Virus record (IMG/VR): IMGVR_UViG_3300047272_000039
Span: 1-32,321 of that record
Direction: 5' to 3' (one strand)
Source: a virus
Taxonomy: Duplodnaviria > Caudoviricetes
DNA: 32,321 bases
Part shown: one piece after another, positions 1 to 8,095 of the stretch
Position numbering within the stretch: the first letter of the stretch is position 1
Layout of the letters: every line of letters begins with the position of its first letter
Translations under genes and position numbers: made by a program
The notes under the pieces: generated by a model
Database searches by the model: none
What the model was told of the DNA's origin: nothing
What the model saw: the letters and a program-made list of their open reading frames with translations, nothing else

Positions 1-54
1 AAGTTCCACCAGCAGCACCAGCACCAAAACCAACTACCAAGAAAGATGAGGAAT
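1..54. repeat. Terminal direct repeat (left), circular-assembly overlap
   Basis: 1-54 identical to 32268-32321 and 15984-16037. Confidence 0.95.
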
Positions 55-61
55 AACTGAA

Positions 62-469
62 ATGGCAGTATTTCTAAACAATGGCGTAGTTTTGACAGTC
101 AATTCAGTTGATCTCTCAGACCACGTAACAGCAGTCACAATCAACCGTTCATTCGATGAACTCGAAGTAACAGCAATGGGTGATTCAGGTCACAAGTTCG
201 TTAAGGGCTTGGAAGCATCATCAATCACAATCGACTTCCTCAATGACACAGCAACAGGCGAAGTCCTTCAGACCCTTCAGGGCATTTGGGGAACTAACGC
301 GCCAATCACAGTAAAGCAGTCAAGCGCAGCAACTTCAGCAGCTAACCCACTTTACTCAATGACATGCCTTATCAACAACACAACCGATATCAACGGCTCA
401 GTTGCTGATCTCTCAACACAAAGCCTGACATTCAACGTATCAGGTACAATCGCAGTAACAACTTCCTAA
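62..469 (+). CDS. Major tail (tube) protein
   Basis: VDLSDHV..VTI...DELEVTAMGD..HKFVKGL pattern typical of siphovirus tail tube proteins; sits before chaperone and TMP; RBS GAGGA. Confidence 0.85.
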   Translation: MAVFLNNGVVLTVNSVDLSDHVTAVTINRSFDELEVTAMGDSGHKFVKGLEASSITIDFLNDTATGEVLQTLQGIWGTNAPITVKQSSAATSAANPLYSMTCLINNTTDINGSVADLSTQSLTFNVSGTIAVTTS

Positions 470-489
470 TAAGAAACTAAGGGGCTAAC

Positions 490-747
490 ATGGCAAAGCT
501 AAAGGTAACAAGGGCTGACAATTCAGTACAGGAGTTTGAGATAACTCCTCTGATTGAGTATGCCTTCGAGCAATACGCCAAGAAGGGCTTTCACAAAGCG
601 CTGATAGAGGATCAGAAGCAATCTGATGTCTATTGGCTCTGCTGGGAAGCAATCCGTCGTTCGGGTGAAACGGTCAAACCCTTTGGGGAAGGATTTCTGG
701 AGACCCTCAAGTCAGTTGAGGTTCTAGAGTCTGACCCTTTAGGATAG
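490..747 (+). CDS. Tail assembly chaperone (gpG-like)
   Basis: Follows major tail gene; ends in slippery C CCT TTA. Confidence 0.8.
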   Translation: MAKLKVTRADNSVQEFEITPLIEYAFEQYAKKGFHKALIEDQKQSDVYWLCWEAIRRSGETVKPFGEGFLETLKSVEVLESDPLG

Positions 748-803
748 ATCGGAACTCCCTCACCTATCTCGCAGCTAGGCTTAGTTACGAGTATGGAGTT
801 CCG
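735..803 (+). promoter_or_regulatory. Programmed -1 ribosomal frameshift signal
   Basis: X XXY YYZ heptamer CCCTTTA, then stem CGGAACTCC (750-758)/GGAGTTCCG (795-803). Confidence 0.85.
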
Positions 804-920
804 TTTCAAACTATTGTTGAATTACCAGCGATAGCGTTTAAGGCACATCTAGAAGTCCTCAAGGACATAGCGAAGGAGAGAAACGATGCCAGTCGAGCTC
901 ACCGACGCCGTAGCTCTTAG
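735..920 (+). CDS. -1 frameshift extension of tail chaperone (gpGT-like): RIDRNSLTYLAARLSYEYGVPFQTIVELPAIAFKAHLEVLKDIAKERNDASRAHRRRSS
   Basis: Open -1 frame from CCCTTTA (735-741) to TAG 918-920; differences from unit B are mostly synonymous in this frame. Confidence 0.85.
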   Translation, partial: PFRIDRNSLTYLAARLSYEYGVPFQTIVELPAIAFKAHLEVLKDIAKERNDASRAHRRRSS

Positions 921-1560
921 GAAAGCCTTAAAGAAATATACTCCTGAACTAGCCAAGGAAACGCAGAAGGAAGTTGCCGGACACCTACGCAAAGTTGTTA
1001 ATCGTGCGCGTGGCTTCGTACCTGCTGACTCTCCTTTAAGTGGTTGGGCTAATCCTGTAGGCGAGTGGGAGTATCGAGCCTTTAACTCAGGCATTATTAA
1101 GAAGGGCTTGGGTTATTCAACAACTCCAACCAAGCCTAACAAGCGAGGCTTTAGGAGCCTTGCAACTATCTTTAACAAATCTGCTGCTGGTGCTATTTAT
1201 GAGACTGCAGGTCGTAAGAACCCTAGCGGATTGCCAGCAGCACAGCGCGAAAAGAAATTTAAGAACGGTCAGTTCTCAATGGGATGGCAAGGCGGCAAAG
1301 AGGTTAATAAGTCTGCTAACCCTAACGCTGGTCGCCAGTTCATTAACGCGCTTCCGCCTTTAGTAGATAGCCAGCAGTCCAACACTCCAGGGCGCAGAAC
1401 TCGTAAGACTAAAGGTCGCCTTATGTTTAGGGCATGGGCTGAGGATCAGGGCAGAACTACAGCAGCAGTTGTCAAGGCTATCCAGTCTGCAAACAACACA
1501 GTTGTAGTTGTGTCTAAAGGCGCTGGCAATAAGACATTTAGAGCAAGGAGCAAAGACTAA
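886..1560 (+). CDS. HK97 gp10-like neck/tail-completion protein (basic)
   Basis: LRKALKK..PELAKE..K...ARGFVP N-terminus; between chaperone and TMP. Confidence 0.55.
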   Translation: MPVELTDAVALRKALKKYTPELAKETQKEVAGHLRKVVNRARGFVPADSPLSGWANPVGEWEYRAFNSGIIKKGLGYSTTPTKPNKRGFRSLATIFNKSAAGAIYETAGRKNPSGLPAAQREKKFKNGQFSMGWQGGKEVNKSANPNAGRQFINALPPLVDSQQSNTPGRRTRKTKGRLMFRAWAEDQGRTTAAVVKAIQSANNTVVVVSKGAGNKTFRARSKD

Positions 1561-3200
1561 TGGCGGGCATGACAGATCTAGCGATTCGTATTGCCACCAC
1601 TTACGATTCCGCAGGGCTCAACAAAGCCGATAAAGGCGTTAAAAAATTAGAGTCCACAGTCAAGTCACTTGGCAGAACTCTCGGCTTAACTCTTGGCTCT
1701 GCAGCAATGGCAGCTTACGGCAAAGCAGCAGTCAAGGCTTTCGCAGCAGATGAGGCAGCAGCTCGCAGACTTGCAGGGGCAGTAGATAACCTCGGGCTGT
1801 CATTCTCTCAGGCTAAGGTCACAGACTTTATTGCAAGCCTTGAGCAGACTGCAGCTATTGCAGATGATGTATTGCGCCCTGCCTTCCAGTCATTGCTTAC
1901 AACAACCGGATCACTCACTAAGTCTCAGGAACTGCTCAACAATGCTATTCAGATTAGTCGCGCAAGCGGTATTGACTTGGCAACAGTCGCAACAGACTTA
2001 GGCAAGGGTTACGTCGGAATCACTCGTGGACTTACCAAATACAACACAGGTTTAACCCGAGCAGAAATCACAACCAAGTCATTTAACGAGATTCTAGGCA
2101 TCATGCTGGCACGATCAGCAGGTGCAGCGCAGGACTATCTAACAACTACTTCTTACAAGATGGAAGTTCTCACAGTTGCAGCAGGTAACGCTCAGGAGAC
2201 TATCGGCATGGGCTTAGTAGATGCCTTTGCTAAGTTGGGCGGCGGTTCATCAGCTTCAGATGCAGCCAAGACAATTAACAACATTGCTAAGGGCATCAAT
2301 GCAATTACCAACGCTGCTGCAACAGCAGTAGGCACAGTCGTCAAACTTTATAAAGGACTTGACTATCTAACCTCATTCGGCGGCATAACAGGATCTAACG
2401 GCAAGCTAGTCCAATATGACAAGATGATGCGAGAGAAGGAAGCGCAGCGCATTGCCATTGCTTCAGGTTCAGGTCGTTCAGCCTCGCCAGCCGGTACAGC
2501 TCGACGCACAGCGCAACAGCGCCAAGCAGAGGCAACGGCAACCAAGCGCGCTAAAGAACTTGCAGCCCTTCAGGCTAAACAGGTTAAGTCTCAGAAAGCC
2601 CTCACAGACGAGCAAAAGAAGCAGAACGCACTTAAGAAGGCTGGCTCTATCTTTGACCTTGAGCAGGTTCAACTCATTGCTGCGCTTAAGGGCAAGTTAT
2701 CTGACGAGGATCGCAAGCGTGTAGAACTTCAGTTCGCTTTGCTGACAGGCAATGTATCAGAGGCACAGAAACTCACCTATGAGATTGCTAAGGCTCAAGG
2801 ACTAGGCGAGAAGCTCGCAGGATACCTTGCAAGCCTACCTGACGCTAAAAATCCGTTTGCATCATGGGAAGCGTATTTAGACAGACTTATGGAGAAGGCT
2901 CGCCAAGTAGCGACTGCTGGCTCAAGCACAGCGACAGTTTCAGTTGTTACCCCTTCAACTAATACAGTCTCAACTTATACAGGCACTCCATTCGGGCAAG
3001 CCGGTTCATTCGTGGACACAATGGGAACACCTTTCGGACAGGCTGGCGGCAATGGCTCAGGCTATATCGGCACTCCATTCGGGCAAGCTCCTGTCGTTGT
3101 TCAGATTGACGGCAAGACAATCGCAACAGCTCTACAAGATACTTCACTCTCAGGTATTCCATCCAGCGTTAATCGAACACTAGGCAGTTTTGGTCGATAA
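1560..3200 (+). CDS. Tape measure protein (short, 546 aa)
   Basis: Ala-rich helical protein; longest tail gene; ends in VVVQIDGKTIA typical of TMP C-termini. Confidence 0.85.
   Translation: MAGMTDLAIRIATTYDSAGLNKADKGVKKLESTVKSLGRTLGLTLGSAAMAAYGKAAVKAFAADEAAARRLAGAVDNLGLSFSQAKVTDFIASLEQTAAIADDVLRPAFQSLLTTTGSLTKSQELLNNAIQISRASGIDLATVATDLGKGYVGITRGLTKYNTGLTRAEITTKSFNEILGIMLARSAGAAQDYLTTTSYKMEVLTVAAGNAQETIGMGLVDAFAKLGGGSSASDAAKTINNIAKGINAITNAAATAVGTVVKLYKGLDYLTSFGGITGSNGKLVQYDKMMREKEAQRIAIASGSGRSASPAGTARRTAQQRQAEATATKRAKELAALQAKQVKSQKALTDEQKKQNALKKAGSIFDLEQVQLIAALKGKLSDEDRKRVELQFALLTGNVSEAQKLTYEIAKAQGLGEKLAGYLASLPDAKNPFASWEAYLDRLMEKARQVATAGSSTATVSVVTPSTNTVSTYTGTPFGQAGSFVDTMGTPFGQAGGNGSGYIGTPFGQAPVVVQIDGKTIATALQDTSLSGIPSSVNRTLGSFGR
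2982..3089 (+). repeat. Three GTPFGQA peptide repeats in the TMP C-terminus
   Basis: Copies at 2982-3002, 3024-3044, 3069-3089. Confidence 0.85.
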
Positions 3201-4444
3201 TGGCGCTTCCTGCTGAGATATCCGTATCCTTCGACTTTAGTTCAGGTGCGACTTTCGGCTACCCATTTACTATTGGCGATGCTAAGTATGGCATTCTCGG
3301 CACAGGCACACTTGGCTCGACTACAGTTCCAGTTCCAACAGTTGATCTCACTCCCAACGTTCGCAATATCACCATCAACCGAGGCAGAGATATCCAGTCA
3401 GACACCTATACAGCTGGAACAGCCGTTGTACGCATTACAGACCCTGACTCATACTTTAACCCTCAGAACACAGCCAGCCCTTACTACGGCTATTTAGTGC
3501 CTCTGCGCAAGGTTCGTATTGCAGCCACTACTGGCACAACTCAGAAATTCTTATTCTCAGGCTATACAACTGAGTACCGTTATACATATGACCAAGCAGA
3601 ACAGATGGGCTATGTCGATATCTATGTCGCTGATGCTTTCCGCCTGTTCAACTTAGCTCAGGTGACAACCGTTGCGGACTCAGGAGCAGGGCAATCTACC
3701 GGCACACGCATTGGCAAGATTCTAGATCAGGTGGACTTCCCGACCAATATGCGCACAATCGCTACTGGTCAATCTAACTGCATCGCTGACCCAGCAACTC
3801 TGCGCACTTCCCTCAATGCCATCAAGAACGCAGAGTTCTCTGAGCAGGGTGCGTTCTATATCAACCCATCAGGCACAGCCATATTTAAGGATAGAAACAC
3901 AGTTGCTTCCTCTATCGCTGGCACTCCTATTCAGTTTAATCAGACCGGCGGTATCCCTTACCGTAACCTCGTATTCGCCTTTGATGACAAGCTCATTATC
4001 AATCAGGCACAAATGACCCGATACGGCGGCACAGCCCAGTTCGCAGAGAACGCAACCTCTATCGCTAAATACTTTCCTCACCAGTACAGCGCTCAGGACT
4101 TGGTTATCGATACCGATGCCAATGCCCTTAATATCGCTGCAACCTATGTAGCCACTAGAGCTGAGACAACAATCCGCATTGATCAGATGACTGTTGATCT
4201 ATTAGACCCATCAGTTCCAACTGACACAATGATTGGGCTCGATTACTTCGACAATGTCCATATTTCTAATAACCAGCCTGACGGCAGTACAATCGTCAAG
4301 ACGCTACAGGTGCAGGGTTTATCGTGGAACATCAGCCCTAATTCAATGCAGGTAACAGTTACAACACTTGAGCCCATCGTCGATGGATTCATCATAGGAA
4401 GCACAGAACGCGGTATAATTGGCGTGAGTGCAATGACTTACTAG
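3200..4444 (+). CDS. Minor tail protein (distal tail/baseplate hub-like)
   Basis: Directly after TMP; beta-rich; I.RGR motif; highly conserved with unit B. Confidence 0.75.
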   Translation: MALPAEISVSFDFSSGATFGYPFTIGDAKYGILGTGTLGSTTVPVPTVDLTPNVRNITINRGRDIQSDTYTAGTAVVRITDPDSYFNPQNTASPYYGYLVPLRKVRIAATTGTTQKFLFSGYTTEYRYTYDQAEQMGYVDIYVADAFRLFNLAQVTTVADSGAGQSTGTRIGKILDQVDFPTNMRTIATGQSNCIADPATLRTSLNAIKNAEFSEQGAFYINPSGTAIFKDRNTVASSIAGTPIQFNQTGGIPYRNLVFAFDDKLIINQAQMTRYGGTAQFAENATSIAKYFPHQYSAQDLVIDTDANALNIAATYVATRAETTIRIDQMTVDLLDPSVPTDTMIGLDYFDNVHISNNQPDGSTIVKTLQVQGLSWNISPNSMQVTVTTLEPIVDGFIIGSTERGIIGVSAMTY

Positions 4445-4453
4445 GAGATATAA

Positions 4454-4843
4454 ATGGCAACAGGCTTTCCAGCGGCAACAGGTGACATCCTCACAGCCTC
4501 GATGTTCAACGGGCTTATCGCCTTCACAGTTGGCTCAGATCAGACAGCAGATTACACAGCAGTCCTAACTGACCAGTATCAGACCCTAGTACCTATGAAC
4601 AAGGCAACAGCCGTAGCGTTCAAGATTCCCACCAATGCTTCAGTAGCCTTCCCAGTAGGCACAGCAATCACTATACTTAACAAGGGTGCAGGTACTGTGA
4701 CAATCAGCGCAGTAACTTCAGGTACTACTACGGTACTTTCAGCTGGCTCAGTACCTGCATCTCCAACATTGGCTCAATACAAGACAGCAGTTTGCATCAA
4801 GACAGCAACAGACACTTGGTACGTTGTAGGATCAATCGCATAA
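4454..4843 (+). CDS. Minor tail/fibre-associated structural protein
   Basis: RBS AGGAG; GDILTAS.FN N-terminus; IPTNASVAFPVGT.I motif seen in aquatic phage tail proteins. Confidence 0.65.
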   Translation: MATGFPAATGDILTASMFNGLIAFTVGSDQTADYTAVLTDQYQTLVPMNKATAVAFKIPTNASVAFPVGTAITILNKGAGTVTISAVTSGTTTVLSAGSVPASPTLAQYKTAVCIKTATDTWYVVGSIA

Positions 4844-5760
4844 TGATTGGTTGCATCACAGCAGGAATTGTAGGCTTCAAAGCCGATATAAGAGCTTTAT
4901 CCGTTGAATACATTGTGCTTGCCGGTGGTGGCGGCGCAGGTGGTGGTTATGGCGGTAATGGCGGCGGTGGAGCCGGTGGATATCGTTCATCTGTTTCAGG
5001 TGAATCATCAGGCGGTGGCGCTTCTGCTGAATCCGCATTAAGTTTATCTAAAGCAACAAATTACACGGTAACAGTTGGCGCTGGTGGTGCAGGTTACATC
5101 TCAAGCACAGACAATGCAGACCCTGGAATCAGCGGTAACAATTCTGTATTCAGCACAATCACCTCAACAGGCGGCGGTGGTGGCGGTGGTACTTCTAACG
5201 GCGCTGGTCCAACTGGTCGTAATGGTAAGAACGGCGGCTCAGGTGGCGGTGGTGGCTGGGATAGTGGCGCAGGCACAGCCGGAACTGGAACAGCTAATCA
5301 AGGTTATGGCGGTAGTGTTGCAGTTTTGCCTTCCAATGTTAACGGCGGCGGTGGTGGTGGCGCAGGAAGCGTTGCAGCTAATGCGACATCATCAGGCGGC
5401 GGTGGTGGCGGTTCAGGAGTTTCATCATCTGTAACAGGATCATCAGTTGCACGAGGCGGTGGTGGCGGCGGTGGTGGTTACACAGGAACGAGCGGCGGCA
5501 CAGCATCAGCCGGTGGCGGCGCAGGAAGCAACAGCGGTAACGGTAGCAATGCAACAGCAAACTTTGGCGGTGGCGGTGGTGGCTGCGGTGGTGAAGTATG
5601 GGGCGCTGGCGGTAATGGCGGTTCAGGAGTTGTAATCCTTCGCTATCCAACAGATTACACAATCACTATCGGAGCAGGATTAACTGGTTCAACTACAACA
5701 GTTGGAACTAACTATGTCACAACAATTACTGCTGGCACAGGAAATGTGAGTTTTGCATAA
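4843..5760 (+). CDS. Glycine-rich tail fibre / putative receptor-binding protein
   Basis: Start moved to ATG 4843 (TAATG overlap); YIVLAGGGG...GGSGVVILRY Gly-rich domain. Confidence 0.75.
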   Translation: MIGCITAGIVGFKADIRALSVEYIVLAGGGGAGGGYGGNGGGGAGGYRSSVSGESSGGGASAESALSLSKATNYTVTVGAGGAGYISSTDNADPGISGNNSVFSTITSTGGGGGGGTSNGAGPTGRNGKNGGSGGGGGWDSGAGTAGTGTANQGYGGSVAVLPSNVNGGGGGGAGSVAANATSSGGGGGGSGVSSSVTGSSVARGGGGGGGGYTGTSGGTASAGGGAGSNSGNGSNATANFGGGGGGCGGEVWGAGGNGGSGVVILRYPTDYTITIGAGLTGSTTTVGTNYVTTITAGTGNVSFA

Positions 5761-6065
5761 TGGCACATTACGCATTTTTAGATGAGAACAACATTGTCAC
5801 AGAAGTTATTGTTGGCATTGATGAGACTGAACTTATTGAAGGTTTAGACACAGAAACTTGGTATGGAAACTTTAGAGGGCAGACCTGTGTTCGTACTTCA
5901 TACAATGGAAACATTCGCTATAACTATGCAGGAGTTGGATACACCTACGATCCAATCGATGATGCGTTTATAGCCCCAATGCCTGATTGTGGTCATGATG
6001 AATTGATTCTAACGGAACAGAAGCGATGGGAGTGCGGCAATGTCGAACACACCCAAGCTCTGTAA
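5760..6065 (+). CDS. Conserved phage protein next to the Gly-rich fibre (MAHYA...RTSYN..R.NYAG)
   Basis: TAATG coupling; conserved in unit B; function unknown. Confidence 0.7.
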   Translation: MAHYAFLDENNIVTEVIVGIDETELIEGLDTETWYGNFRGQTCVRTSYNGNIRYNYAGVGYTYDPIDDAFIAPMPDCGHDELILTEQKRWECGNVEHTQAL

Positions 6066-6465
6066 AGCTGGGAAACAATTAAGGGAACAAATTGATGATT
6101 GTTTCCCTGACCGAAACAGGAGTTCCGATGGCTGGCTTGGCGATGCACGCCACGCAGCGCGCCCTTCTGATCACAATCCTGATGAGCAAAATATCGTATG
6201 GGCAATTGATACCGACAGGGATTTATCTGGAAAGGCAAAGCCCGACTTCGCCTCTGACCTTGCGGATCAGCTTCGACGATATGCAAAGGCTAATGGCAGA
6301 ATCTCGTATATCATTTACAACGGCAAAATTGCATCAAGCAAGAGGAATTGGCGTTGGAGAACTTATACTGGGATTAACAGCCACCGGACTCATATCCATA
6401 TCAGCTTTAGCAAGAAAGATGACTCGAGCGCTTTCTTTGATATTCCGTTACTAGGGGGAAAATAA
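6040..6465 (+). CDS. Putative endolysin, Zn peptidase (M15-like fold)
   Basis: DGWLGD..H...SDHNPD, AID and terminal H..HIHIS motifs; followed by membrane proteins. Confidence 0.7.
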   Translation: MSNTPKLCKAGKQLREQIDDCFPDRNRSSDGWLGDARHAARPSDHNPDEQNIVWAIDTDRDLSGKAKPDFASDLADQLRRYAKANGRISYIIYNGKIASSKRNWRWRTYTGINSHRTHIHISFSKKDDSSAFFDIPLLGGK

Positions 6466-6608
6466 TGAACATGAAGCACCCAGCAGTTATCTCATTTGGA
6501 GCGTTCCTAGCAGTATGGGGTACAACCTCAAACTTCGCTTTGGACTATCGCTCTATCCTCGGCGCTATCGTCGCAGGAGTGTTCGGATATGCGAGCCCTA
6601 AGAAATGA
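6465..6608 (+). CDS. Putative holin, 47 aa, two hydrophobic segments (MNMKHPAVISFGAFLAVWGTTSNFALDYRSILGAIVAGVFGYASPKK)
   Basis: Translated by hand; TAATG and ATGA coupling; conserved at 22199-22342. Confidence 0.7.
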   Translation: MNMKHPAVISFGAFLAVWGTTSNFALDYRSILGAIVAGVFGYASPKK

Positions 6609-6754
6609 CACAACAGGATTTCTTTACCCTTTACATCGCCAGCATTGGCATCCTAGGCGGCTTGGCTGGCTATGTCATCACGCATTTGCTCTCAGAAATT
6701 AAGAGACTCAATACGCGTGTCGATGAGATTTACAACATACTCCTAGATAGATAA
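6605..6754 (+). CDS. Single-TM plus coiled-coil lysis-cassette protein, 49 aa (MTQQDFFTLYIASIGILGGLAGYVITHLLSEIKRLNTRVDEIYNILLDR)
   Basis: Translated by hand; positional homolog of 22339-22530. Confidence 0.7.
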   Translation: MTQQDFFTLYIASIGILGGLAGYVITHLLSEIKRLNTRVDEIYNILLDR

Positions 6755-6761
6755 TAAAGTC

Positions 6762-6983
6762 ATGGCGAGAAAGCGACCTGTTATCGATCTTGATACATAC
6801 AACGCGCTTGATGCTTATGCGATAGCGTTAAACGAGTTTTATAAGGCTTTACGCAAAGCCGGCTTCTCTGAGACGCATGCCTTCTGGATTCTGTCAGACC
6901 GTGACAGCTTCCCTGATTGGCTTATTCCTAACCTACCTAATCGCATCGATAACCTACCCTACGAGGATGACGACGAGGACTAA
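6762..6983 (+). CDS. Conserved hypothetical protein with acidic tail
   Basis: One aa difference from the unit B copy despite many synonymous changes. Confidence 0.8.
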   Translation: MARKRPVIDLDTYNALDAYAIALNEFYKALRKAGFSETHAFWILSDRDSFPDWLIPNLPNRIDNLPYEDDDED

Positions 6984-7730
6984 ATGAAGCGAATCGTAAT
7001 TCTGAGTGACCTGCAAGTTCCCTTCGAGGATGTGCATCTAACTCAGAACATAGCAAGATTCCTACAGAAGTTTAAGCCAGACCAGACAGTTACCATCGGT
7101 GACGAGATTGACTTCCAGACTATAAGCAAGTGGTCGGAAGGCACACCTCAAGCCTACGAGCAGAGCCTTGGCGATGACCGAGACCGTTGCGTTGATCTTT
7201 TATGGGAGCTAGGCGTCACCGATTGCATAAGAAGTAATCATACTGACCGGCTTTATAACATCATCATGAAAAAGATTCCTTCATTCCTATCCTTGCCTGA
7301 GCTGCGCTTTGAGAAGTTTATGAAGTTCGATGAGCTAGGCATTAAATTCCATCGTGAACCTATGAATATAGCCCCGGGGTGGGTTGCGGTTCATGGGGAT
7401 CACACGCCTATCAAGCAAATGGGCGGTATGAGCGCCATAGAGGCTGCTAAACGCTATGGTAAGTCAGTTATATCAGGACATACCCATAGAGCCGGCAGAA
7501 CGGCTTACAGCGAGTCTGTAGGGGGTCGTATGGGTCGCACCTTACACGGGGTAGAAGTCGGGAACCTCATGAGCTTCCAAGCTGCAAAATATACCAAAGG
7601 CAGCGCCCAATGGCAGCAAGCCTTTGCCATCATGTATGTCAAGGGATCTAACGTACAGGTGGACATAATCCATATTGAAAAGAACGGTACTTTCATCGTG
7701 CAGGGCAAGGTCTATGGACGCGCCCGCTAG
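6984..7730 (+). CDS. Calcineurin-like metallophosphoesterase
   Basis: SDLQ, GDEID, SNH, HGD and GHTH motifs. Confidence 0.85.
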   Translation: MKRIVILSDLQVPFEDVHLTQNIARFLQKFKPDQTVTIGDEIDFQTISKWSEGTPQAYEQSLGDDRDRCVDLLWELGVTDCIRSNHTDRLYNIIMKKIPSFLSLPELRFEKFMKFDELGIKFHREPMNIAPGWVAVHGDHTPIKQMGGMSAIEAAKRYGKSVISGHTHRAGRTAYSESVGGRMGRTLHGVEVGNLMSFQAAKYTKGSAQWQQAFAIMYVKGSNVQVDIIHIEKNGTFIVQGKVYGRAR

Positions 7731-7824
7731 CATCGCAATCCCCTACTTTGAGGATGAAGACCCGACTCAAATCGTTATCATTTCGTTATCTAAAAAAGGC
7801 GGTTGCCGCTTTAGGTTGATGTAA
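7714..7824 (+). CDS. Small conserved protein, 36 aa (MDAPASIAIPYFEDEDPTQIVIISLSKKGGCRFRLM)
   Basis: Same-length ORF in unit B with synonymous changes (GAG/GAA, GGT/GGC, TGC/TGT, AGG/CGC, TTG/CTG). Confidence 0.7.
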   Translation: MDAPASIAIPYFEDEDPTQIVIISLSKKGGCRFRLM

Positions 7825-7835
7825 AGTTCTTTCTT

Positions 7836-7952
7836 GTGAAGGCGATGTGCGTATCGGCGAGACGCTCCTATTGCTAGAGCTGCACTACTGGATTCCACCT
7901 AGGAAAGGATCCTTTAGAGGTAGAGTGGGTTCGACTCCCACCCCTTCACACC
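7836..7952 (+). ncRNA. tRNA-like RNA (non-canonical, 117 nt), unit A only
   Basis: Acceptor-like stem GTGAAGG/CCTTCAC followed by ACC; perfect T arm GTGGG-TTCGACT-CCCAC; D-arm-like GCGT-ATCGGCGAG-ACGC; no clear anticodon arm. Confidence 0.6.
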
Positions 7953-7975
7953 TAACAACAACAGAAAGGGCTCAA

Positions 7976-8095
7976 ATGAATATCTATCTACTTACATTCT
8001 TAGCTGTAGTTATCCCATTTATGGCTGGGTATTATCTCGGAGTATCAGACGGCAAGGTAGAAGGTCGCATCGAGCAGTTTCAGGCGAAGCGATGA
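7976..8095 (+). CDS. Small membrane protein, 39 aa
   Basis: Start moved to ATG 7976 after RBS GAAAGGG; N-terminal TM; homolog at 23636-23785. Confidence 0.75.
   Translation: MNIYLLTFLAVVIPFMAGYYLGVSDGKVEGRIEQFQAKR

Noticed and set aside
4920-5630. GGC/GGT repeats as a CRISPR array or DGR variable region
   Set aside because: Simple Gly codon runs; no repeat-spacer periodicity, no reverse transcriptase, no adenine-specific template/variable pair
7836-7952. Canonical tRNA, tRNA-Sec or attP remnant
   Set aside because: No definable anticodon arm or TCA anticodon, too long, and no integrase in either unit; kept only as tRNA-like
7847-7975. N-terminal extension of the ORF 7847-8095
   Set aside because: It runs through the tRNA-like insert absent in unit B; RBS and homology place the start at 7976
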